Under the pieces are notes generated by a model, which was not told where the DNA came from, ran no database searches, and saw only the letters and a list, made by a program, of their open reading frames with translations. DNA of 12,236 bases from Vulcanimicrobiaceae bacterium (lineage in GTDB: Bacteria; Vulcanimicrobiota; Vulcanimicrobiia; Vulcanimicrobiales; Vulcanimicrobiaceae), in assembly GCA_046262595.1 (NCBI GenBank), contig JBHEMM010000053.1, positions 1 to 12,236 on the forward strand, read 5' to 3'. The translations under genes and the position numbers were made by a program. Positions 1 through 8,283 of the stretch are shown one piece after another (positions within the stretch are counted from its first letter, which is position 1; the number at the start of each line of letters is the position of its first letter).

Positions 1-1
1 G

Positions 2-1471
2 GAGAGGATTCTTGCGGCCGCCGGGGCCGTCCCGGGCGTCGCGGTCGCCGCCCCGCAGGGCGCGGCGGCGCAAGATGCGCGTGCGCCGGGCAAGGTCATC
101 GCGTATTCGAACTACGGCGCCGCGCTTGCCGGATACATCGTGCAGCGCGTTTCGGGCGAACCGTTCGATCGGTACATTTCGCGTCACATTTTTCAGCCGC
201 TGCATATGACGCACTCGACGTTTGCGCAGCCGCTTCCGCGCCAGTTAGCGCCGCTCATGGCCAAGGGTTACACGACGGCGTCAGCAGACAAGCCGAGCCC
301 TTTTGAAAACGTTGAGGCGGCGCCGGCGGGCGCGTCTTCAGCCACGGCCACCGACATGGCGAAGTTTATGATGGCTTATCTGAACGGCGGCATGTACGGC
401 GGCGGCACGCTGCTCAAACGGTCCACGATACGCCAGATGTGGACGCTCCAGGTGCGCACGGCTCCGGGCCTGACCGGCTTCGATCTGGGCTTTTACGACG
501 AGGACCGCAACGGACAGCGCATCGTCGGTCATGCAGGCGATACCGACGTTTTTCACTCCGACTTGCACTTGCTGCCCGACGATCACGCCGGTATTTTCAT
601 GTCGTTCAACAGCGCAGGGGAAAAGGGCGCAAGCGAAGATGTGCGCGTGCAAATCTTTCGCGCCTTCCTAAACCGTTACTACCCGTACTCTGCGCGTCAA
701 CTACCCAGGCTCGCGACCGCCAAAGCCGATGCTGCGCGCGTCACCGGTTGGTACGAAGCCAGCCGCCGCGAGGAACGCGCATTGCGGCTGATTTACGCGC
801 TCGGGCAGACCGCCGTGATGGCGATGCCGAACGGCGACCTCAAAGTCAGCATGCTCGTGGACTCGGCCGGAAACCCGCTCGTCTGGCGCGAGGTCGGTCC
901 GCTGCTTTACCAGCGCGCCGGCGGGCAATCGCTGCTCGAATTCACGAAGGGCTGGGATGGACGGTTGTATTTCGCGACCACCGGCATTGTTCCGGTATTC
1001 GTCTTTCAACGCGTGACGGGCTTGCAAACAACCGGTTCGCTCAAAGCCGTCGTTCCGCTGTTCATCGCGGTGTTGCTGATCTCGCTTCTCGTCCGGCTCG
1101 GGCGCTGGATTGCGCGGCGCAAGCTGCATCTCGAGAAGGGCATATCGCGCGAGCGCAAATCGCTCAGTCTGGCGGCAAGGATTGGAGCCGTTCTTTTCCC
1201 CGGAGCGCTGGTCGCGTGGATCGTCTTCCTTTCAAATTCGGCGGGACTGCTTTCAAGTGCATTCGTCACCGAGGTGTCGGCTCTGTATGTGCTCGGCGTT
1301 CTTGCCGTAATCGGCGGCATTGCAATCATTGCGGAAGCGGCGATGCGCATACGGTACGGCCCCGGCGGCTGGTTCGTGCGTACCGGTGAAGCGCTCGTGG
1401 CAGTTGCCGCAATCTACTGCATGTGGCTCTTCATCGCATTCGGCCTGATCAGCTTCGTCACGAATTTCTGA
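2..1471 (+). CDS. Membrane-anchored serine hydrolase, beta-lactamase class C / S12 fold (5'-partial)
   Basis: The frame is open from base 2. Upstream of the track's start at 140 it reads PGKVIAYSNYGAALAGYIVQRVSGE, with the YxN motif at 104-112. It continues with PAGASSATATDMAKFM and GHAGD (motif III), then a hydrophobic C-terminus with about 4 TM segments. SxxK is not in the window. The first ~80 nt may not belong to this gene (see findings). Confidence 0.88.
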   Translation, partial: ERILAAAGAVPGVAVAAPQGAAAQDARAPGKVIAYSNYGAALAGYIVQRVSGEPFDRYISRHIFQPLHMTHSTFAQPLPRQLAPLMAKGYTTASADKPSPFENVEAAPAGASSATATDMAKFMMAYLNGGMYGGGTLLKRSTIRQMWTLQVRTAPGLTGFDLGFYDEDRNGQRIVGHAGDTDVFHSDLHLLPDDHAGIFMSFNSAGEKGASEDVRVQIFRAFLNRYYPYSARQLPRLATAKADAARVTGWYEASRREERALRLIYALGQTAVMAMPNGDLKVSMLVDSAGNPLVWREVGPLLYQRAGGQSLLEFTKGWDGRLYFATTGIVPVFVFQRVTGLQTTGSLKAVVPLFIAVLLISLLVRLGRWIARRKLHLEKGISRERKSLSLAARIGAVLFPGALVAWIVFLSNSAGLLSSAFVTEVSALYVLGVLAVIGGIAIIAEAAMRIRYGPGGWFVRTGEALVAVAAIYCMWLFIAFGLISFVTNF

Positions 1472-1475
1472 TACC

Positions 1476-2483
1476 ATGAGCACCTCAAGCGCAACCGAAA
1501 TACGCGAAGCCCGGATCGAACGCTGGGAATATACCTATCCGTTTCGCATCTCGGGATATAATTGGACGCAAGCCGAACTCGTGTACGTGGAGATCGAGAA
1601 CGGCGGTTTCCGCGGCCGCGGCGAGTGCGCGGGAATTTATTACAAAGATGATCTGCCGGAGCAGTGTCTGTCGGAAATCAAACGGATGCGCGGTCCGCTC
1701 GCCGACGGCACGACGCGGCTCGAATTGCAGCAGTTGCTTCCGCCGGGCGGCGCGCGCAACGCTCTGGATTGTGCTTTCTGGGATCTGGAGGCAAAGCAGC
1801 GCAGTATTCCGGTTTGGAAACTAGCAGGCTTAGAACCGCCGCGCGCCGTTCAAACGACATATACGATCGGCGCGGACGATCCGGCGGCGATGGCAGAGCG
1901 CGCTATCGCATTCAGCGGCGCAACCGCGCTGAAGTTGAAGTTGACCGGCGAATCCGTCGACGCCGATCGGGTTCGCGCGGTACGCGGCGCCCGGCCGGAC
2001 GTATGGCTTGCCGTCGATGCGAACCAGGGCTTCACGCGCCCGTTGCTCGAGCAGCTTTTACCGGTGCTCGTGGACGCCCGCATCGAATTAATCGAGCAGC
2101 CTTTCGCCGTTGGACGCGAGGCCGATCTCGACGGCTTCAACTCGCCGATCCCCCTTGCAGCCGACGAGACCGCACAAACGGCCGCTGATCTGCCGGCGCT
2201 GGTGGATCGCTTCGATATCGTCAATATCAAACTCGACAAGTGCGGCGGCCTCACAGCCGGTTTGGAGATGGCGCGCGAAGCGCGCAAGCTCGGCCTGGGC
2301 GTCATGGTCGGTAACATGATGGGCACCTCGATCGCGATGGCGCCTGCGTTTCTGGTCGGACAGCTTTGTGACGTGGTGGATCTCGACGGGCCGCTGCTTT
2401 TGCGCACCGATCGGCAGCGTGCCGTGAAATACGAGAACGGCACTATTTGGGCAAGCGAAGATGTCTGGGGAGGGACGCGATGA
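1476..2483 (+). CDS. Dipeptide epimerase / N-acyl-D-amino-acid racemase (enolase superfamily, MLE subgroup; YcjG/DgcA-like)
   Basis: Motifs KLK, DANQG, EQP, ADE, NIKLDKCGG and the DLDGP (DxD) motif typical of dipeptide epimerases, plus GARNALDCAFWDLEAK. No signal peptide. Confidence 0.93.
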   Translation: MSTSSATEIREARIERWEYTYPFRISGYNWTQAELVYVEIENGGFRGRGECAGIYYKDDLPEQCLSEIKRMRGPLADGTTRLELQQLLPPGGARNALDCAFWDLEAKQRSIPVWKLAGLEPPRAVQTTYTIGADDPAAMAERAIAFSGATALKLKLTGESVDADRVRAVRGARPDVWLAVDANQGFTRPLLEQLLPVLVDARIELIEQPFAVGREADLDGFNSPIPLAADETAQTAADLPALVDRFDIVNIKLDKCGGLTAGLEMAREARKLGLGVMVGNMMGTSIAMAPAFLVGQLCDVVDLDGPLLLRTDRQRAVKYENGTIWASEDVWGGTR

Positions 2484-3607
2484 ACGTCATGAAAGCTGCC
2501 GTGGCCGCCGCAGCCCTGCTGTTCGCGTCGAGCGTCTGCGCGAACGCGAATCCCTTGAGCCGATCGCAAATCCGGCGAGTAGATGCCGTCGCGGCAAAGG
2601 CGCTTGCCGCGCAGCACATATCAGGTCTAGAAATCGGGATCGGCCGGCGGGGCGCCGTCGTCTTTTCGCAAGGCTACGGCCTGCGCGATCGTTTGCACCG
2701 CCGGCCGGTGACAGCGCAAACCGTCTTTCCTATCGGATCGATCACCAAGCAATTTACGGCTGCATGCGTCATGCAATTGGTCGCGCGCGGGAAGGTGCGC
2801 CTCGACGCGCACGTTTCACAATACGTGCCGGACGCTCCCCATGGTAACCAGGTTACGGTGCGCGAGCTCTTAGACCAGACCAGCGGCCTGCCCGACTATT
2901 TGGAAGACAAAGCGCTGCTCGGCACAATCATGAACGGTACCGTGGGCCCTGGGTCCGTCGCGAGCATGGTTGCGCTGGTCGCGGGGAAGCCGCTGCATTT
3001 CTCACCCGGCACGAAGTACGAATACAGCAACACGAATTACGCGTTGGCCGGCATGCTGGTCGGCAAGATCGGCAACACGACGTATCCGCAATATCTACAG
3101 CACAACATTTTCGTGCCGCAGGGCATGGCGCGAACGCAATACTTACGGTATTCGGTTCCCGCCGGAACCGACGCCACGCGCGGCTACGATTTCAAAAAGG
3201 GAACGTTCAGGCTGCTTCCGCCCTTTTCAATGGATTGGGGCAATGCCGCAGGCGCGATCGCGTCCGACGCGAGCGACCTCATCCGCTGGGACCACGCGTT
3301 CTTCAGCGGTTCCGTCATCCCGCTCAATTTGGTCCGCGTCGCAACCTCCCAGCCGGCGGGCATCGTGATGACCCCGTCCAGGAATCGCGTGAACAATATC
3401 GGCCTGGGGTATGCGTTCGGCTGGGTGCAAGCACGCACCGAAGGGCGCCAAATGATTTGGCATAACGGCGGGCTGCCGGGCGCGCGTGCAATGAACGCAA
3501 CTTTTCCGCGCGACGGTCTCGACATCATCGTGCTGACCAACGCCTCGTCGGCGCAGCCGGAAGATATCGCGCTTCAGATCGCACGAATCATCTACGATAC
3601 GCCGTAG
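2480..3607 (+). CDS. Secreted serine hydrolase, beta-lactamase class C / S12 family (single domain)
   Basis: FPIGSITK (SxxK), YEYSNTNY (YxN), WHNGG and LLDQTSGLPDY. Signal peptide MNVMKAAVAAAALLFASSVCANA. The ATG at 2480 overlaps the upstream TGA (ATGA) and follows GGGGAGGG. An alternative start is at 2489. Confidence 0.92.
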   Translation: MNVMKAAVAAAALLFASSVCANANPLSRSQIRRVDAVAAKALAAQHISGLEIGIGRRGAVVFSQGYGLRDRLHRRPVTAQTVFPIGSITKQFTAACVMQLVARGKVRLDAHVSQYVPDAPHGNQVTVRELLDQTSGLPDYLEDKALLGTIMNGTVGPGSVASMVALVAGKPLHFSPGTKYEYSNTNYALAGMLVGKIGNTTYPQYLQHNIFVPQGMARTQYLRYSVPAGTDATRGYDFKKGTFRLLPPFSMDWGNAAGAIASDASDLIRWDHAFFSGSVIPLNLVRVATSQPAGIVMTPSRNRVNNIGLGYAFGWVQARTEGRQMIWHNGGLPGARAMNATFPRDGLDIIVLTNASSAQPEDIALQIARIIYDTP

Positions 3608-3620
3608 CCGGGCGGTCGAC

Positions 3621-5045
3621 ATGCGCATTTTTACTGCCGCTCTCGTCACCGAAACGAACACGTTCTCGCCGATTCCGACGGGCCGGGACGCGTTCGGGTC
3701 GGATGGTGCTGAAGAGCTCGCGACGCTCGCCCGGTGGCGCGAACGAGCGCAAGCCGGCGGACATAACCTCGTGGAAAGTATTGGAGCGGTGGCGCAGCCC
3801 GCCGGTCCGACCGTGCGTCACGTGTACGAAGCGCTGCGCGAGCAGCTGTTGGACGATCTTCGCGCGGCCGCACCGGTCGATATCGTGTTGTTGTACCTGC
3901 ACGGTGCCATGGTTGCGCAAGGCTATGACGATTGCGAGGGCGATATTCTTGAACGGGTTCGCGGCATCGCCGGCGACACCGCGGTCGTCGGCGCGGAGTT
4001 GGATCTGCATTCGCATTTGACGGACGCTATGCTACGTCACGCCACGATCATCGCCGGCTATGACGAATACCCGCATACCGATATCGTTTCGCGCGGCGAG
4101 AGTCTCTACCGGCTGTGCATGGAGGCTGCTCTGGGGCGAACTCGCCCGGTGATGCGCGCATACGACTGCCGCATCACGGGCATGTTCCCCACCACGCGCG
4201 ATCCCATGCGGCATTTCGTCGGCGAGTTGAAGGCCGCTCGCACCGGAAGCGTCCTCTCGACCAGTCTGATACACGGTTTTCCTTGGGGCGATGTCGCCGG
4301 CGGCGGCACGAAGTGCCTGGCGATTACCGACGGCGACGAAACGCTCGCGCAGGAAACTGCCGAGCGGTTCGGGCGCAAGTTTTTTGCGATACGTGAGCCG
4401 GCTCAACTCACGGCAATGGCGATCGGCACCGCATTGGATAAGGCCGCCTCGGTCGGGGGCGGCCCGGTCGTGTTGGCCGATGTCGCCGACAACGCCGGCG
4501 GCGGCGCACCGGGCGACAGCACCTTCATACTGCGCGCTTTGCTGGAGCGCAACGTTACCGGCGCCGTAAGCGGAATGTATTACGATCCGCAAGCCGTGCA
4601 GCTGTGCTTTGAGGCGGGCGAAGGCGCAACACTGGATCTTCGAATCGGCGGCAAACTGGGACCGGCTTCCGGTGAGCCGGTCGACCTGCGCGTCGTCGTG
4701 CGCGCAGTGCGCGAGAGCCACACGCAAGATTCCATGGACGACTCCTTGCCGGTGCCGCTCGGCGCCGCTGCGTGGGTTGACGCGAACGGCGTCCAACTCG
4801 TTTTAGCCTCGGCCCGCAGACAAGTCTTTGCGCCGAACGCGTTCACGGGCTTGGGCATCGATCTCCAGCGCGCGCGCATCGTCGTCGTGAAGTCGTCCCA
4901 TCATTTTTATTCCAAATTTGCGCCGATTGCCGCGGAGGTGCTGTACGTTGATTCGCCCGGTGCACTGCAGATGGACTTTACGAACATCGCGTACACCAAG
5001 CGCGATCTCAATTATTGGCCGCGCGTCCCGGATCCGTTCAGGTAA
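3621..5045 (+). CDS. M81 family metallopeptidase (MlrC-like)
   Basis: Motifs ETNTFSP, LHGAM, ELDLH, YPHTD, DNAGGG and VVKSSHHF, characteristic of the DUF1485/MlrC_C architecture. No signal peptide. Confidence 0.93.
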   Translation: MRIFTAALVTETNTFSPIPTGRDAFGSDGAEELATLARWRERAQAGGHNLVESIGAVAQPAGPTVRHVYEALREQLLDDLRAAAPVDIVLLYLHGAMVAQGYDDCEGDILERVRGIAGDTAVVGAELDLHSHLTDAMLRHATIIAGYDEYPHTDIVSRGESLYRLCMEAALGRTRPVMRAYDCRITGMFPTTRDPMRHFVGELKAARTGSVLSTSLIHGFPWGDVAGGGTKCLAITDGDETLAQETAERFGRKFFAIREPAQLTAMAIGTALDKAASVGGGPVVLADVADNAGGGAPGDSTFILRALLERNVTGAVSGMYYDPQAVQLCFEAGEGATLDLRIGGKLGPASGEPVDLRVVVRAVRESHTQDSMDDSLPVPLGAAAWVDANGVQLVLASARRQVFAPNAFTGLGIDLQRARIVVVKSSHHFYSKFAPIAAEVLYVDSPGALQMDFTNIAYTKRDLNYWPRVPDPFR

Positions 5046-5050
5046 CCGTG

Positions 5051-6643
5051 ATGAAGCACGCTAAGGCTGCTGCACTCGCAGCTATCGCCGGAATACTCAC
5101 ACAGGGTGCGGCCGGCGCTGCGCCCGGAAACGCGATGACGAGCGACGTCGCTGCGATCCTTGCGCGCCCCGCGATGCGCGCATCGCAGCTCGGCATCGCC
5201 TTCTACGACTTGGATGCCGGACGGATGCTCTATCAGCGTGATGCGCAGAAATATTTTGTCGCCGCCTCCACGACGAAAGTGCTGACCGAAAGCACGTCGC
5301 TCGCGCTGCTGGGATCGAAGTACCGTTTCACCACAAATGTGTATCGGACGGGCCAAATCGACGCGGCCGGCGCGCTGCATGGTGACGTCGTTCTGCGCGC
5401 GGCGGGCGACGCGAATCTCTCCGGACGCGTTCAACCCGACGGCACCCTCGCGTTCGAAAACGAGGATCATGCGTATGGGAGCACCGGTATATCCGGTGCA
5501 AAAGCCGTCCCAGGCGATCCGCTTGCGGTGCTGCGCGATTTCGCACGACAGATCCGCACGCGCGGTATTCGCAGCGTTGTGGGACGGGTGATCGTCGACG
5601 ATTCGCTGTTTCCCGACACCACGCAAGAACTGGGCACCGGGACCAACGTCGCGCCCGTTGCCGTGAACGACAACGTCGTCGACGTCACGCTGGCGCCGGG
5701 CGCGAAACCGGGCGACCCGGTACGCGTCTCGGTTTCGCCCGCCACGCCGTACGTGAGTTTCACGAACGACGCCGTAACGGGCGCCGCGCATACCGCGAAC
5801 ACGGTCGTCATACCCGGCAGCGACGTTGCCGACGGTGCGGGAAACCGCCGCGTGACGATCGCCGGCTCGCTGCCGATCGATTCCCACGCCATTCTGTATG
5901 CGTACCCCGTTCCGTCGGCACGCCGTTTCGCGGAAGTCGCGTTCGCGCAAGTCCTTGCCGGCGCGGGCGTTCGGGTCGAGCAGCCGCCACGCGACGATTC
6001 TGCAAATATAAAGGCGCCGGCCGGCACCGGCTATACGGACGCCAATGTGATTGCCACGCATGTCTCGCCGCCGCTCTCGCAAGACGTGAAGATCACGCTC
6101 AAAGTCAGCGACAATCTGCATGCCGCGATGATGCCGTATCTGTGGGGCGCGCTTCTTGCTCGCGATACGGCGGATCCGCAAGGCGCCGGATTCAAACTCG
6201 AAAACGCATTCCTCGAGCGCGCGGGATTTAACCCGCTGGATTTCGTGCAGAACGACGGGGAAGGCGCCAATGCGTTCTTTAAGCCGGCGGCCCTCGTGCG
6301 TTTTCTCGCATACCTGCGGCGCCGGCCGTATTTCGCCGACGTCTATCGCGCGTTGCCGGTTCTCGGCGTCGACGGCACGCTGTATAACATTCAAAACGGC
6401 CAACCCGCAGCCGGCAAAGTGCATGCCAAAACCGGAACGAATGGAAACGGCGATTTGCTCAACGGCAACCGGCTTTTCATCACCGGGAAAGGGCTGCTGG
6501 GTTACATGACCACGCGAAGCGGCCGGCATCTCGCATTTTGCGTGTATGTGAACAACATTGCCGGTCCGGCGAGCGAAGACATCATGACGGCGGCCGGGCA
6601 GATTGCAGGCGAGATCGCAAACGACGGATATCTCGATCTATGA
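5051..6643 (+). CDS. dacB: D-Ala-D-Ala carboxypeptidase/endopeptidase, peptidase S13 (PBP4-like)
   Basis: ASTTK (SxxK), LKVSDNL (SxN), LPVLGVDGTL and AKTGT (KTG). Signal peptide MKHAKAAALAAIAGILTQGAAGA from the ATG at 5051; the GTG at 5048 is an alternative start. Confidence 0.9.
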   Translation: MKHAKAAALAAIAGILTQGAAGAAPGNAMTSDVAAILARPAMRASQLGIAFYDLDAGRMLYQRDAQKYFVAASTTKVLTESTSLALLGSKYRFTTNVYRTGQIDAAGALHGDVVLRAAGDANLSGRVQPDGTLAFENEDHAYGSTGISGAKAVPGDPLAVLRDFARQIRTRGIRSVVGRVIVDDSLFPDTTQELGTGTNVAPVAVNDNVVDVTLAPGAKPGDPVRVSVSPATPYVSFTNDAVTGAAHTANTVVIPGSDVADGAGNRRVTIAGSLPIDSHAILYAYPVPSARRFAEVAFAQVLAGAGVRVEQPPRDDSANIKAPAGTGYTDANVIATHVSPPLSQDVKITLKVSDNLHAAMMPYLWGALLARDTADPQGAGFKLENAFLERAGFNPLDFVQNDGEGANAFFKPAALVRFLAYLRRRPYFADVYRALPVLGVDGTLYNIQNGQPAAGKVHAKTGTNGNGDLLNGNRLFITGKGLLGYMTTRSGRHLAFCVYVNNIAGPASEDIMTAAGQIAGEIANDGYLDL

Positions 6644-8283
6644 AAGCGCCGGCGATCTGCACGCTGGCGCTGTTTTTACTGACGGCGATTTCGCCGACGC
6701 AGCGTGCGCAGATCGACGCGGTTTTTAAGGATTATAACCGCGCGACGCCCGGCTGCGCGATGGCCGTGTTCCGCAACGGAACGATCGCTTACGCGCGCGG
6801 TTATGGAATGGCGGACCTCGAGCACAACGTACCCATCACGCCGGCATCCCTGTTCGACGTCGGTTCGGTTTCCAAGCAATTCGCCGCGGCGGCGATCGCG
6901 CTGCTGGCCGAGCGGGGAAAACTTTCGTTCCATGACGACGTGCACCGGTACATTCCGGAGCTGCCGCCCTACGGTGCACCGCTCACCATCGACGAGCTGA
7001 CGTGGCATACCAGCGGTCTTCGCGATTACACCGATTTGCTGGATCTCCAAGGATACGGCCTGGAGCAGGCAACGACGGATGAACAAGCGCTCGCGTCGAT
7101 TATCAGGCAGCGAAGCCTCGACTTTCCCAGCGGAACCCAGTACGAGTATTCCAACACGAATTACTTTTTGCTCTCCGTGATCGTCAAACGCGTGACGGGC
7201 CAAACGCTCGCGCAGTTCGCGCGGCAGCATCTCTTCTCGCCGCTCGGTATGTCGCACACGGTGTACCGCGACGACTACGCGATGATCGTTCGCAACCTCG
7301 CTTTGGGATACGCGCCGGGCGCCGGCGGCCATTTCCGGAACAGCATGTCGAACTGGCAGCAGACCGGCGACGGCGGCGTGCAGCTTTCCGTGGACGACGC
7401 GCTCAGGTGGGATGACAATTTCTACAATCCCCGCGTGGGCGGCCCCGAACTCATAGCGCAGCTGCAGACGCCGGGACATCTCTCGAGCGGCCGCCGCCTT
7501 TCGTACGGCCGCGGCTTGTTCATCGGCACCTATCGCGGACTCAAACGCATCTCGCACGGCGGCGCGTGGATAGGCTATCGCGCGGAGTTCCAGCGCTACC
7601 CCGCGTTGCACACGTCGATCGTCGTGCTGTGCAACTCCGATGCGGCATCGCCGGCCGGCCTGGCTCGAAGCGTCGCCGACATCGTCCTCGCACGCTCGCT
7701 CAGACGCGTGACGCGCCGCGTTTTCCCGTCCAAAATGATCTTCTCCCCGCACGCCGTGACCGGTTCGTACTTCAATGCGCTCGGCGCCGGCGTCCTCAAA
7801 GTGGTCGCGTACGAAGGCGGAATCGGTTTGGATTCCGGTGGAACGATCTTTCCGCTGGAGCCTGCCGGCGCAACGTCGTTTTCCCTCGGCACGGACGTGG
7901 TGCGGTTTGTGTTCCCGAAGCGCGCCGCAAGCGCAACGGCACTCGTGCTGAACGGTGGCGACGGATCGAGGGACGTCGCACAGAAGTTCGCGCCGGTGGT
8001 TCCAACGGCGCAGCAATTGCAGGGTGCCGCAGGCGCGTATCACAGCGCCGAACTCGATGTGACATGGCGTCTTCGCATCGCGGGGCACACAGTCGCGCTC
8101 GAGCCGGAGCGCAATCTTCCGCACGATGCGGCCGGCCCGCTCACGGCGGAAATGGCGGACGTCTTTACGTCGGCGCACGGCTTTTCGATCCGGCTTCTGC
8201 GCAATCGCGCGGGGGAGATCACCGGTTTTGACTTGGGTGCGGGGCGCGGGCTGCGGTCGCTGCTGTTTACGCGGGTGCGGTAA
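6640..8283 (+). CDS. Secreted serine hydrolase, S12 family, D-aminopeptidase/MlrB-like, with C-terminal beta domains
   Basis: GSVSKQF (SxxK), HTSGLRDY, YSNTNY, GDGGV, HGGAWIGYRA and C-terminal GAYHSAELDVTW. The ATG at 6640 overlaps the dacB stop (ATGA). Signal peptide MKAPAICTLALFLLTAIS. Confidence 0.9.
   Translation: MKAPAICTLALFLLTAISPTQRAQIDAVFKDYNRATPGCAMAVFRNGTIAYARGYGMADLEHNVPITPASLFDVGSVSKQFAAAAIALLAERGKLSFHDDVHRYIPELPPYGAPLTIDELTWHTSGLRDYTDLLDLQGYGLEQATTDEQALASIIRQRSLDFPSGTQYEYSNTNYFLLSVIVKRVTGQTLAQFARQHLFSPLGMSHTVYRDDYAMIVRNLALGYAPGAGGHFRNSMSNWQQTGDGGVQLSVDDALRWDDNFYNPRVGGPELIAQLQTPGHLSSGRRLSYGRGLFIGTYRGLKRISHGGAWIGYRAEFQRYPALHTSIVVLCNSDAASPAGLARSVADIVLARSLRRVTRRVFPSKMIFSPHAVTGSYFNALGAGVLKVVAYEGGIGLDSGGTIFPLEPAGATSFSLGTDVVRFVFPKRAASATALVLNGGDGSRDVAQKFAPVVPTAQQLQGAAGAYHSAELDVTWRLRIAGHTVALEPERNLPHDAAGPLTAEMADVFTSAHGFSIRLLRNRAGEITGFDLGAGRGLRSLLFTRVR

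Noticed and set aside
2480..8283. Calling the S12 proteins AmpC beta-lactamase resistance genes
   Set aside because: They have HNG/HGG rather than KTG at motif III and sit in a catabolic context. The fold alone does not show beta-lactamase activity.
3621..8283. Microcystin degradation (mlr) cluster
   Set aside because: There is no mlrA or mlrD in the window, and MlrB/MlrC-like families are widespread.
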